Origin: Candidatus Pacearchaeota archaeon CG_4_10_14_0_2_um_filter_35_33
GTDB taxonomy: Archaea; Nanobdellota; Nanobdellia; Pacearchaeales; GW2011-AR1
Direction: 5' to 3'
NCBI GenBank assembly: GCA_002792635.1
Contig: PFOR01000009.1
Coordinates: forward strand, 1 to 52,232
DNA length: 52,232 bases
Shown here: piece by piece, positions 19,673 to 29,522 of the stretch
Layout: each line of letters begins with the position of its first letter
Numbering within the stretch: the stretch's first letter is position 1
Notes under the pieces: generated by a model
Databases searched by the model: none
The model's input: only the letters and a program-made list of their open reading frames with translations
Told to the model about the DNA's origin: nothing
Position numbers and translations under genes: made by a program

Positions 19673-22477
19673 CTAAAAATTAAAACGAATCTCTCTATCT
19701 CTGACTTTCAACAGCACCATTTCAGAGGATTTATCATCGGTAAAATCCAGTTTTTCGGAGCCAGTTCTTTCCTTCAAAATACCTTCAAATTTTTGAATTC
19801 TATCAAGTAAATCACTATCAACTGATAGTTTCAATTCAATTCTATCTTCCTTTTTTAGCCCTCTTTTCTTCCTCTCCGCCTGAACCCTTCTAGAAATTTC
19901 TCTGACAAATCCCTCTGCTTCTAACTCTTCATTTGTCTCAAAATCCAATTCAACGCCCACATTAACTCTCTCCTTTATATTTCCTTCCAGTTCTTTAACA
20001 TTCAATTGTTTCTTTATTATTTCCTCAACACCTTCGGAGAGCTTATTGCCTGTAACATATTTTGCTCCCTTCAACGGCCATCTTAAACCGATTTGTTCTT
20101 TGTCTCTTATAGACAATCCAGATTCTATTATTTGCATCGCAATGTCAAATTCTTTTTCTAACTTGCTATCAATTTTCTTCTCATCTATCTTAGGCCATGA
20201 ACATAAATGCACACTTTCTTCTTTTTGTCCCATTTTCTGCCATAAATCATCAGAGATGAACGGAACAACAGTTGAAAACATCTTCAAAACATTCAAATAA
20301 ACTTTCTTAATTGTATCAAGAACAACTTTTTCTTGTCTATTCCTGACAAATTTAATGTAATCTCTGGATAAAGTCAGATAAAGCTCCTCAATTCTTCCAA
20401 TAGTTTCATCCAATCTATATTCTTCAAACAACTTCGTAACCTCTTTTATTGATGAATTCATTTTAGATAATATCCATTTATCTTCATCCTGAATTTTTCC
20501 TTTATCCAAGTCTTGTCTTTCCAAATCTAAAATATAATTTGCAATATTTCCCAAAATTAGCAAATTTCTTTGCTTAACTTTAATATCATCCCAATTAAAA
20601 TTAATATTCTCGCCAGCAGTAATTTGACAAATGTAATTCCTAAAAATGTCAACAGAATATTTATCAATTACCTCATAAGGCGAAATTATATTTCCAAGAG
20701 ATTTTGACATTTTTGTTCCTTGAAAGTCGAGAATCATTCCGTGAGCAAATACATTCTTAAAACAGGATTTCTGGAACATAATTGCAGAACATATTTGCAA
20801 CATTGAAAACCATAATCTTGTATGTTCGGTTCCCTCCAACACCAAATCAGCCGGAAACCATTCTTCTATCAATTTAGCATCATTATGCAAACAATTCCAA
20901 GAGGCCGTCCCAGAATCAATCCAAACATCTGAAACATCAGGAATTCTCTTATATTTTTTCCCATCCTTCTCTATGATAATTTTGTCAATCCAAGGTCTAT
21001 GAAGGGTTAAATCATCAAATTTCTTTCCAGTTAATTCTTCAAGTTCTTCAACACTTCCGACAACAAAATAATCTTCTTCATCTTCTTCATTAATCCATAA
21101 CGGAATAGGACAACCCCAATATCTCTGTCTAGTAATGCTATTGTCCTTCAAATTTTCTGTCCATCTCACATGACTCTCCCCCGCTTTTTTAGGAACCCAC
21201 GAAACACCTTTATTCATTTCCACAAATTTAGGGACCATATCTGCAATTTTCAAAAACCATTGTTCAGTTGCTCTGAACACAACAGGCTCATGACTTCTCC
21301 AAGAGTGAGGGTATTCATGTTCAATTTCACTTTTCGCAACAAGAACTCCCTTCTTCTCAAATTCAGCAATAAATTTCTTATCGTCTTTCTTTGCAACCCA
21401 TCCAGAATATTTTCCTAAGTTTTCCATCTCTCCCCTCTCATTCAACGTGTTAAACGCCCCAATTTCATATTCTTCTCCGACCTCAGCATCCTCTGGTCCG
21501 CATCCAGGAGCACAATGAACCAGTCCAGTTCCTGCCGAAGTATCTACATATTTCTCACTTAAAATTATTGTGTGAACATTAGCCCATTTCTTTTTTAATT
21601 TGGAATAAATATCTTCAAGCTCATCATTCAGAATGTGCGTATATTCTAGCCCTTTCAAATCTTTCCCCTTAAACGTTTCTAAAATTTCAAGCTTCTCTCC
21701 TATCAAACTAGAAATAAATACTCCCGCAAGGTCTTTTGCAATAATCCACACTTCATTTCCAACTTTGGCTCTGACATATTCTAGTTCAGGATTAACCATT
21801 ATGGCGAGATTGTAAGGAATCGTCCAGGGGGTTGTAGTCCAAATTACAAAATATTCATCTCTATCTTTCCTCTTAAACTTCAAAAAGATAGATTCATCCT
21901 TGATAGTTTCGTACTCCAACTCGTGTTTAGCCAGGCTGGTTTCAGTTTCAGCATCCCAGTGCATGACCTTCTTTCCCTTATACAACCTATTTTGCCCCCA
22001 TGCTTTCTTGAAGAAAGCCCATTGCCCTCCAATATATTCCTTTTCAATCGGCTTGTAAGCCCCCTCATGGTCCATCCATACGGCCAAGCGCCACAAGTCC
22101 TCATTCATGTATCCCGCATGCTCTTCTGCCCAATCTATACATTCTTTAACAAATTTATCAACACCATATTTCTCAATTTCCTCTTTTGTCTTTATTCCTA
22201 ATTTTTTCTGGACTTTATGTTCTGTTGGCAACCCATGCATATCATATCCACCCCTATCCCATACATTATATCCGTTCATTCTCTTATATCTCAAAATAAT
22301 ATCTTTTAGAGAATTATTCCAAGCGTGTCCAATATGAAGCTTCCCAGAGGTAAAAGGAGGGCCTTGCAAAAAATAAAACTTCTCTCCTTTCTTATTCTTC
22401 CCTTTAACTTTCTCATAAATCTCTTTATCCTCCCAGAATTTCAAAATCTTCTCCTCAATAGCCTTAAAGTCAAACAT
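19673..22477 (-). CDS. ileS: isoleucyl-tRNA synthetase
   Basis: GPPFTSGKLHIGH, WTTTPWT, GTGLVHCAPG, KMSKSLGN. Confidence 0.95.
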   Translation of the reverse strand: MFDFKAIEEKILKFWEDKEIYEKVKGKNKKGEKFYFLQGPPFTSGKLHIGHAWNNSLKDIILRYKRMNGYNVWDRGGYDMHGLPTEHKVQKKLGIKTKEEIEKYGVDKFVKECIDWAEEHAGYMNEDLWRLAVWMDHEGAYKPIEKEYIGGQWAFFKKAWGQNRLYKGKKVMHWDAETETSLAKHELEYETIKDESIFLKFKRKDRDEYFVIWTTTPWTIPYNLAIMVNPELEYVRAKVGNEVWIIAKDLAGVFISSLIGEKLEILETFKGKDLKGLEYTHILNDELEDIYSKLKKKWANVHTIILSEKYVDTSAGTGLVHCAPGCGPEDAEVGEEYEIGAFNTLNERGEMENLGKYSGWVAKKDDKKFIAEFEKKGVLVAKSEIEHEYPHSWRSHEPVVFRATEQWFLKIADMVPKFVEMNKGVSWVPKKAGESHVRWTENLKDNSITRQRYWGCPIPLWINEEDEEDYFVVGSVEELEELTGKKFDDLTLHRPWIDKIIIEKDGKKYKRIPDVSDVWIDSGTASWNCLHNDAKLIEEWFPADLVLEGTEHTRLWFSMLQICSAIMFQKSCFKNVFAHGMILDFQGTKMSKSLGNIISPYEVIDKYSVDIFRNYICQITAGENINFNWDDIKVKQRNLLILGNIANYILDLERQDLDKGKIQDEDKWILSKMNSSIKEVTKLFEEYRLDETIGRIEELYLTLSRDYIKFVRNRQEKVVLDTIKKVYLNVLKMFSTVVPFISDDLWQKMGQKEESVHLCSWPKIDEKKIDSKLEKEFDIAMQIIESGLSIRDKEQIGLRWPLKGAKYVTGNKLSEGVEEIIKKQLNVKELEGNIKERVNVGVELDFETNEELEAEGFVREISRRVQAERKKRGLKKEDRIELKLSVDSDLLDRIQKFEGILKERTGSEKLDFTDDKSSEMVLLKVRDREIRFNF

Positions 22478-22633
22478 ACCTATATTTCACCTCTTTCACT
22501 TTTAAATCTAACTACAAAAATCAATTCACGCATAAAAAATAATCTTCTTTTCATCGCAGACAAACTCCGCTAAATCAAATAATACTAGGAATAGAAATAA
22601 TTTCCCCAGACATATTTTCTTTAGAAAAAAAGG

Positions 22634-22885
22634 TTATTTAAATTTTCCCTTAATCCATTTCTTATCGGAGCTCTTCAGCAGACTTACAAGAGTGGTAATA
22701 AAAATAAATCCGAACGTCCAACTAATCTCGCTCTCATCTATTAGCCAAAAGCCAACAATACCTAAAACAGAGATAATGATCAAAGTCTTAAACCACTTCC
22801 GCCCAGATTCCAATTCATCTCTTGCCAAGTAAGCTATTAAAAACCCTACGGGAATCGCTAAAATCAAAATTACTAGTTTAATCAT
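22634..22885 (-). CDS. small membrane protein
   Basis: Three hydrophobic segments. Confidence 0.7.
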   Translation of the reverse strand: MIKLVILILAIPVGFLIAYLARDELESGRKWFKTLIIISVLGIVGFWLIDESEISWTFGFIFITTLVSLLKSSDKKWIKGKFK

Positions 22886-23604
22886 TTCTTTCCCCTCCCC
22901 AACCTAAGACCCACGCCAAATCCAAATAAGATTAATCCAATCGTTAGAATGATTAGATAATTTCTTAACACCATCCAGGCAATTTCATTGATGAATCCAT
23001 CAACCGCAGGCAAATCTTCAAAGCCCAGCCCTGCAGGGAAAGCAGAAACAAAATTATTTCTAATCTCAGAATTAACAATGAAACTGATAAAGAAAAAGCT
23101 CCCAGATATGATGAAACTAATTCCCGTATAAATAAGAAAACTCATTTTACCAACAAAAATCAATCCAAGTATTGATGCTGCGGCAACAATAGCCAAAAGG
23201 CTCATAGCAGTAATTAAACCATCATTAATTTTTTGTAGGTTTGCCCCCGATTCTTCCAATTTATTTTTAGCCTTCTCTTTAATCCTAATTTCGGCAACTT
23301 CCTTCAGATTATCTCCAACATCAGAACAATTAATTTCAAATTGTCCGTATTCACCTAAATCCCCTGCAAAACTTTCAACATCAATTTTACTACATTCATC
23401 ACCTAGCACTCTTTGACCATCGTCTATATAAGAATAATAGCCCTCTGAAAGATTATCTATGCCGTTCCCCATAACTTCATTAATTTTTTTTTCGACATTA
23501 AAGTCAACCGCACTTAAAATTGAAAATATAAGAACAAGAAAGATTAAATCAACAGTCAAAAACACAGTCAGTACGAGTTTAATAAGCTTTTTAATGTTAT
23601 CCAT
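22882..23604 (-). CDS. hypothetical membrane protein
   Basis: About four TM segments. Confidence 0.75.
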   Translation of the reverse strand: MDNIKKLIKLVLTVFLTVDLIFLVLIFSILSAVDFNVEKKINEVMGNGIDNLSEGYYSYIDDGQRVLGDECSKIDVESFAGDLGEYGQFEINCSDVGDNLKEVAEIRIKEKAKNKLEESGANLQKINDGLITAMSLLAIVAAASILGLIFVGKMSFLIYTGISFIISGSFFFISFIVNSEIRNNFVSAFPAGLGFEDLPAVDGFINEIAWMVLRNYLIILTIGLILFGFGVGLRLGRGKK

Positions 23605-23638
23605 AAGCTAAAACAAACTGGAAAATATATAAACCTAA

Positions 23639-24463
23639 TTAATTCTCGTCTCTTCTTAATCTCTCAAGTTCTTCCTGATCTTTCCTCAATTTTTCCTCGG
23701 CAGATTTTATTCTTTCCTGATTCCTCATCTTATTAAGTTCCTGTTGAGCTTCTCTTATCTTTCTTTCAGCCTCTGCTATTCTTGCCTCAGTAGTCATGTC
23801 TCCTCTAGATCCTACAGACTCTACAGGTTTAGGTTCAGGCACATTAGGCATTTTTCTGTCCCTAGGGTCAGAATAACCCATCTTAGTCCTTCTAGTCCTA
23901 ACCATTTTACCAACAACAAATCCAATTATTCCAGCTAATAACAGTACGCCCAATACATAATAGAATATAATCGAAACCGAGCTACTCGAATCATCAACAA
24001 CAGCGCCAGTAATTTCGCCATAATCTTCGCCTGTATTTCCCTCCCCCGTTAAAGTAGTATTAGCACCCTCTTCAGTTGAATTGTCTTCATCCTGACCATC
24101 ATCTCCTTGTTCATTATCATCAAAAATACTCTCATCTTCTTCAGTACTCATATCAAGAAATACTTTGCTACCCACCTTAACATTGTTGAATTCCTGCTTC
24201 ACAAGAGCATCTCCATTTTCAATGACATAAGCAACAATATTCAAGCTACTCGAATCGGTTGTAAGATTCCCATTTAGTGTACCATGCAAATCTGTTTTTC
24301 CAGGGTATTCAGTTCCTATAAAATTACCTCCATTAGCACTAAACATTTTCAAGACAACATATCTAAAGGGGTAATCAGTCTCAACAGTTAAATCAACAGT
24401 CTTCGCCATAATGGCAGGAACTAATATTAACAAGACTAGCACCACCACAAATATTTTCTTCAT
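23639..24463 (-). CDS. secreted/membrane protein with an acidic linker and C-terminal coiled coil
   Basis: Signal peptide, ITGAVV motif, TM segment, charged tail. Confidence 0.75.
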   Translation of the reverse strand: MKKIFVVVLVLLILVPAIMAKTVDLTVETDYPFRYVVLKMFSANGGNFIGTEYPGKTDLHGTLNGNLTTDSSSLNIVAYVIENGDALVKQEFNNVKVGSKVFLDMSTEEDESIFDDNEQGDDGQDEDNSTEEGANTTLTGEGNTGEDYGEITGAVVDDSSSSVSIIFYYVLGVLLLAGIIGFVVGKMVRTRRTKMGYSDPRDRKMPNVPEPKPVESVGSRGDMTTEARIAEAERKIREAQQELNKMRNQERIKSAEEKLRKDQEELERLRRDEN

Positions 24464-24502
24464 CCCCCAGTTAAAACATTCCTATTTATAAATTTTATTG
24501 GG

Positions 24503-24579
24503 ACGTCTGCGCTAGGATTCCCGGAGCGTGTAAGCGCGAGGGTGCTACGAAACTTGTTCTGCGAGCACGTTCGAATCCG
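24503..24579 (-). repeat. duplicated tRNA-Ser 3' end with structured insert
   Basis: Minus strand GGATTCGAAC...CTCGCAGAACAAGTT...GAATCCTAGCGCAGACGT versus the tRNA end GAATCCTGGCGCAGGCGT. Confidence 0.75.
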
Positions 24580-24588
24580 TAAAAAATA

Positions 24589-24672
24589 CGCCTGCGCCAG
24601 GATTCGAACCTGGGAATCCACAAGGGAAACGGGATTAGCAATCCCGCGCCGTAACCACTGGGCCACGCAGGC
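24589..24672 (-). tRNA. tRNA-Ser(GCT)
   Basis: GCCTGCG/CGCAGGC acceptor stem; CGGGA-TTGCTAA-TCCCG anticodon arm; long variable arm; G73. Confidence 0.93.
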
Positions 24673-24814
24673 ATGACATTTTAGACAGAAATTAGCTTAT
24701 AAGTTTTATCATATCCTTTCTAACCCATATTTTACCCCCATCTAAATCCTTAAAACCCAATATTATACTCAATTAGCTATATCACAAAATATATATTATA
24801 ATATAATAAATAAA

Positions 24815-25210
24815 ATGTCCTGGCAAATTTTACTGTTATCCGCAACATCTCTTACGTTAATACTATCTATGATTCTATTAATATTTCGATTCAAAACATC
24901 TCTCAAACTATTCTTTCCATTGATAACAGATTTGATTATGTCAAGGTTGCCGATGCAGAAAACTATGCACTTTAGTGCATTGATGAATGCAACCTTGAGC
25001 ATCCAAAAGTTCAAACAAACCCCACACTTTAATGGAGTAAAACATAAGAACTTTTTGATATTCACTATTGGATTCTCGCTAAGGTTATCCAAGAACCAAA
25101 ACATAATAGATATGGGCTATTTTATGACTGACATAAGTTTCTTGTTCATAGAAATATTGTTCACAATAGCTCTAATTCTTGGTCAGATGAAATACTGGAA
25201 GATTAATTAG
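24815..25210 (+). CDS. small membrane protein carrying an in-frame 120-bp palindromic insertion
   Basis: Hydrophobic segments flank a 40-codon insert derived from element copy 2. Confidence 0.6.
   Translation: MSWQILLLSATSLTLILSMILLIFRFKTSLKLFFPLITDLIMSRLPMQKTMHFSALMNATLSIQKFKQTPHFNGVKHKNFLIFTIGFSLRLSKNQNIIDMGYFMTDISFLFIEILFTIALILGQMKYWKIN
24940..25059 (+). mobile_element. small palindromic insertion element, copy 2 (120 bp, longest)
   Basis: ATTAT|GTCAAGGTTGC...GCAACCTTGA..ATCCAAAAGTTC...GAACTTTTTGAT; nested hairpins. Confidence 0.8.
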
Positions 25211-25811
25211 GTTTCTTTCTCTTATACCACCTAGCCGCAAAGAAAGAGCCGACTAATGCTCCAAGCATATTCGATATCAAATCAAGCCCAAGGTTGTATA
25301 AATCTCCTACGCCTGTTCTTTCAACAAAAATAAAGACTAAAAATTCAACAATCTCATTCAAGGAACCAAGACCCATTGAACCAAGCCATGCAACAAATAT
25401 TGCAGCTCCCAATTTATTTCTATTTTTCAGTCGTGGGGCAATTATCTGGAAAACCACAACTGCTGCAACAAAAAACCCATAGAAATGAATTACTTGATCC
25501 ATTTTAAGTATAAAGAAGTCTCCACTCAGCTCTATTATCTTAATTAGTTTTAGATTATAGAGAGCCACCCCCTGAATAATAATGCTCCCGCCTAACATAT
25601 GCAACAACCCCCATATCGACAATAACCACAAGGCAAGATTATCCAACTTAGTTTTTTTAAGAGTTAAGAGAACAATGGCACCAACAAAAACAAGATTCAC
25701 AACATATGTGAGAAATTCATAATTTTCTGTGACAATGTAATATATGCCGAAAATTATAATATAAATTAAGCTAAATATAATTACAACCCACTCCCCCCTC
25801 TTTAAACCCAT
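25203..25811 (-). CDS. DUF2238/YjdF-like membrane protein
   Basis: LHMLGG, DQVIHFYG, NEIVEF, DLISNMLGA; multiple TM segments. Confidence 0.75.
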   Translation of the reverse strand: MGLKRGEWVVIIFSLIYIIIFGIYYIVTENYEFLTYVVNLVFVGAIVLLTLKKTKLDNLALWLLSIWGLLHMLGGSIIIQGVALYNLKLIKIIELSGDFFILKMDQVIHFYGFFVAAVVVFQIIAPRLKNRNKLGAAIFVAWLGSMGLGSLNEIVEFLVFIFVERTGVGDLYNLGLDLISNMLGALVGSFFAARWYKRKKPN

Positions 25812-25842
25812 CTGATAAAAAGGAATTTTGCATTTATATAAG

Positions 25843-26067
25843 TTACTTCTTTTTCTTTTCAGCTCTAGAAATCATTTCTTTTTTCAATCCCAAGAAGATA
25901 CCACCCTTCTTTCCACCGACATAGCTATTTTCTCCTGGCTTAATGATATCATTCAGCTCATCCAGTTCAACATCAACATGCGTGACTGTAGCTCCAGACT
26001 TGCCTTTAACATGAACATACACATCTGCCTTTCCTAAATGTATCTTTCCTTCTGCTTTCCCACTCAT
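25843..26067 (-). CDS. small hypothetical protein
   Basis: 74-aa ORF; ATGA overlap with the upstream gene. Confidence 0.7.
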   Translation of the reverse strand: MSGKAEGKIHLGKADVYVHVKGKSGATVTHVDVELDELNDIIKPGENSYVGGKKGGIFLGLKKEMISRAEKKKK

Positions 26068-26851
26068 CTTACACTAAAATCAACCATCACAGGAAGATAG
26101 TCAGAATAATTTAATTTTAGAACTTTATAATCTTTGACTTTAATTCCTCTTGTAAGGACATAATCGAATCCCTTATCTGGATAATAAGAAGGGAATGTAT
26201 TGCCCCTCTTAGACATTTCCAGGTCTGTTTCCTTTAATAGATCTTTTAATTTGCTATCTCCTTTAAAGGTATTAAAATCACTCATTAAGATTAGAGGGCT
26301 CTCGATTTTTCCCACAAAGTTTTTCAACTCATCAATCTGCCTTCTCCCATCTCTTTTCCCAAGAGCCAAATGAACTAGCATCAATCTTATCTTTTTTCCA
26401 ACGTTAATGTCGCCCTCAATGACGACTCTCTTAACTCCTTCGTGAAACTCTTCTCTTTTAACACCAGAAATTTTATTCTTAGAAAGAATGGCATTACATT
26501 GTTTATTCATCACAGGAATCCTCTTATATCTTTTTCCATACTTTTCCGCAACAACTCTATGCTTCAATCCCAACTCCTTGGTGAAATGGCATATTTCATC
26601 ATGTTTCTCCATAAATGAATTCTTGCTAATCTCAACCAATGCAAGAATATCTGGATTATGTTCTTTCAGCTCTTTTATTATGTCAAGGTTGCATTCATCC
26701 ATGCACTGAAGTGTTGGGTAAAACATAAGAACTTTTTGATCTTATAATCTATCATACTAGGATGTCTAAACCTTCTCCAAAATTTCAGATATCCCAATTT
26801 TCTTCCAGTCAATCCCTCGAGATATTCAATATTGTAAAGTATCAATCTCGT
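26064..26851 (-). pseudogene. endonuclease/exonuclease/phosphatase (EEP) family gene frameshifted by element copy 3
   Basis: RLILYNIEY...MIDYKI|IKELKEHNPDILALVEI; SDFN and SDYLPV instead of GDFN and SDHLP; start codon appears as ACG. Confidence 0.75.
26682..26740 (+). mobile_element. small palindromic insertion element, copy 3 (59 bp)
   Basis: Same termini; removing it restores the EEP reading frame. Confidence 0.85.
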
Positions 26852-26906
26852 CGTGAAAAACGGGGGATGCTAAACTTTAAAAGCCCTTTTATATCACTAT
26901 TATCAT

Positions 26907-26982
26907 AGCGGGGTGGAGCAGTCTGGAGTGCTCACCGGGCCCATAACCCGGAGGTCGCGTGGTTCAAATCCCGCCCCCGCTA
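26907..26982 (+). tRNA. initiator tRNA-Met(CAT)
   Basis: A1-T72 pair; three G-C pairs at the base of the anticodon stem (CCGGG/CCCGG); CAT anticodon; GTTCAAAT. Confidence 0.88.
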
Positions 26983-26983
26983 T

Positions 26984-27067
26984 ATTTGAAGAGATTTTCA
27001 AATACTTTAGTAAGCCTACGAGCTAAAGTTCCCGCGGAACTTGTTCTGCGAGGACCTGCCCCCACTA
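26984..27067 (+). repeat. duplicated tRNA-Met 3' end interrupted by a 51-nt structured insert (27004-27054)
   Basis: ATTTGAA (inverted T-loop)..TTCAAAT + insert + CCTGCCCCCACTA versus the tRNA end CCCGCCCCCGCTA. Confidence 0.8.
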
Positions 27068-27104
27068 TCAAAATTCTTATAAAACCCTCCCTCTAGAGAA
27101 TAAT

Positions 27105-27674
27105 ATGAAAAAAGTTTATATCATACAGGGACGGGGTGGAAAGCCAGAACACGGTTGGTACCAATGGTTAGCAGAAGAATTAAAGAGAAAAGGCTTTCAG
27201 GTTTTCTTACCACAAATGCCTAACACAGACATGCCAACAATAAACGAATGGGTAGGAGCACTAAGATCAATAGCGCCAACCCCCGACGAGGAGACTTATT
27301 TCGTTGGACACAGCATAGGTTGCCAAACAATTCTTAGATATCTTGTTACACTTCCCCCGGAAACAAAATTGAACAATGTAATTTTGGTTGCTCCTTGGGT
27401 GAGTTTAGACGAAAAAACAATGGCTGAAGAACCAGGATCCATTCCTATCGCAAGACCCTGGATAGAAACACCAATAGATTTTGATAAAGCTAAACTACAT
27501 CCAAAAAAATTTATCTGTTTGTTCTCAGATAATGACACTTATGTCCCCCCGGATAATCAAAAATTCTTTCAAGAAAAACTGAGCGCAGAAATCATAATAG
27601 ATAAAGGAAAAGGTCATTTTGATAAAGATTCAGGAATCAAGGAACTTCCCGGAATACTTTCATTTTTCAATTAA
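27105..27674 (+). CDS. RBBP9/YdeN family alpha/beta hydrolase
   Basis: WYQWL, VGHSIGC, SDNDTYVP, GHF. Confidence 0.88.
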   Translation: MKKVYIIQGRGGKPEHGWYQWLAEELKRKGFQVFLPQMPNTDMPTINEWVGALRSIAPTPDEETYFVGHSIGCQTILRYLVTLPPETKLNNVILVAPWVSLDEKTMAEEPGSIPIARPWIETPIDFDKAKLHPKKFICLFSDNDTYVPPDNQKFFQEKLSAEIIIDKGKGHFDKDSGIKELPGILSFFN

Positions 27675-27711
27675 TAGTTATCTTTAAATTCACCAATTAA
27701 CTATTTTCACC

Positions 27712-28374
27712 ATGTTAATATTAGGAGTAGACGATGCAGGCAGAGGCCCATTAATAGGGCCAATGATTTTAGCAGGAGTGCTGGCAGAAAAACCAAAAGA
27801 AAAATTATTCAAATCCAGCAACATTAGAGACTCAAAACTTGTCCCCCATAATGAAAGAATAAAACTTTCAAAATTAATTAAACAACATTCAATAAAAACA
27901 AAAATCATTTCTACTTTCCCCGAAGAAATTGACAAATCATTAAAAACAGGAACAAATCTTAATACCTTAGAAGCCATAAAGGCTGCATCAGTCATAAATT
28001 ATTTGAATCCAAAGAATAAATCAGTAAAAGTTATTCTTGATTGCCCATCAACAAATACAATAGCATGGAAGAACACACTGTTAAAATATGTAAGGCATCC
28101 TGGAAACTTGACAATTCTCTGCGAGCACAAAGCAGATTTTAATTATCCCATCGTGTCTGCAGCATCAATATTAGCAAAAGTCCAGAGAGAGGAGGAAGTT
28201 GAAAAACTAAAGAAACAATATGGAAATTTTGGCTCTGGTTACCCCTCAGACCCAAGAACAAAGGACTTCTTAAAGGAAAACGGCAAGGAATTAAAAGATT
28301 CCGGGTTATTCAGAAAGTCCTGGAGCACTTGGAAAAAAATCTTTCCTGATAAAGCCCAGAAGAGATTGTTCTAA
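27712..28374 (+). CDS. rnhB: ribonuclease HII
   Basis: GVDDAGRGPLIGPM, RDSK, VSAASILAKV, GSGYPSDP. Confidence 0.95.
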   Translation: MLILGVDDAGRGPLIGPMILAGVLAEKPKEKLFKSSNIRDSKLVPHNERIKLSKLIKQHSIKTKIISTFPEEIDKSLKTGTNLNTLEAIKAASVINYLNPKNKSVKVILDCPSTNTIAWKNTLLKYVRHPGNLTILCEHKADFNYPIVSAASILAKVQREEEVEKLKKQYGNFGSGYPSDPRTKDFLKENGKELKDSGLFRKSWSTWKKIFPDKAQKRLF

Positions 28375-28411
28375 CCCTAACTTTTAAATATCATTATCAA
28401 TATCTTCAAAC

Positions 28412-29482
28412 ATGACATTCCAAGAATTATTAGAAACCATTTATTGGGGAAACACCGGCCAGCAGTACCTAATAGCTCTGGCAATATTTATTATCTTATT
28501 TATCATATTCAAGATATTTGATTCTGTAATCATCTCTATATTAAGAAAGGCAGCCAAAAAAACGAAATTTGGCTGGGACGATTTAGTAATTGATTTCATC
28601 TCGGCAATCCATTGGCAATTCTATGCATTTGTAGCATTTTACATCGGAACATTATACTTAACACTCACAACAATATTAACACAGGCACTGAAATTCTTAC
28701 TATTGATTTTCATAGCGTATTATGTCGCACAAGGCCTATCAAGAATGGTAGATGGATTTACTAATAAACAGATAGAGAAGAGGAAAAAAATCACTGGAAC
28801 TATTCAAAACACTTCAATGATTAAAGTCTTTGGAGTTCTGTTTAAGATAGTAATTTACGTTGTCATGTTGTTAATGATTCTTTCTAATATGGGGATAGAA
28901 ATCACACCATTAATCGCATCTCTAGGAGTGGGTGGAATCGCAATTGCCATTGCCCTCCAAGCAGTTTTATCTGATTTATTTGCAGCATTCGCAATCTACT
29001 TCGATAAGCCATTCAAAGAAGGTGATTTCATAATAATTGGAAATGACATGGGAACTGTAAAACGTATTGGAATAAAGACAACAAGAATTGAAACTCTTTC
29101 AGGACAGGAGTTAATAGTTTCAAACACAGAGATGACAAACACAAGAGTCAACAACTATGGGAAGATGAAGAAGAGGAGAATAGTATTTCCATTCGGTGTT
29201 GAATATGACACGCCTGTAACAAAGCTAAGGAAAATAAATAAGATTGTTGAAAAAATTCTAAAGGAAACAAAGAATGCAGACTTAGACAGAGTGCACTTCA
29301 AAAATTTTGGCGATTTTAGCTTAAATTATGAAGTTGTTTATTATGTCAATAACTCGGACTACGCAAAATACATGGACATCCAGCAAGATATTAATCTAAA
29401 GCTAAAAGAAGCCTTTGAGAAGGAAAAGATTGTATTTGCCTTCCCTACCCAGACCCTCCATATAGATTCTTTCAAGAAGTAG
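28412..29482 (+). CDS. mscS: small-conductance mechanosensitive channel
   Basis: ASLGVGGIAIAIALQ, DKPFKEGDFI, FAFPTQT. Confidence 0.92.
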   Translation: MTFQELLETIYWGNTGQQYLIALAIFIILFIIFKIFDSVIISILRKAAKKTKFGWDDLVIDFISAIHWQFYAFVAFYIGTLYLTLTTILTQALKFLLLIFIAYYVAQGLSRMVDGFTNKQIEKRKKITGTIQNTSMIKVFGVLFKIVIYVVMLLMILSNMGIEITPLIASLGVGGIAIAIALQAVLSDLFAAFAIYFDKPFKEGDFIIIGNDMGTVKRIGIKTTRIETLSGQELIVSNTEMTNTRVNNYGKMKKRRIVFPFGVEYDTPVTKLRKINKIVEKILKETKNADLDRVHFKNFGDFSLNYEVVYYVNNSDYAKYMDIQQDINLKLKEAFEKEKIVFAFPTQTLHIDSFKK

Positions 29483-29522
29483 TTAAAACAATCTTTAAAT
29501 ATTAATCATTCTAAGAGCCAAT

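Noticed and set aside
24460-24666. 68-aa ORF on the minus strand
   Set aside because: It overlaps tRNA-Ser and its trailer; spurious
24796-25104. 102-aa antisense ORF
   Set aside because: Shadow of the membrane gene and the palindromic element
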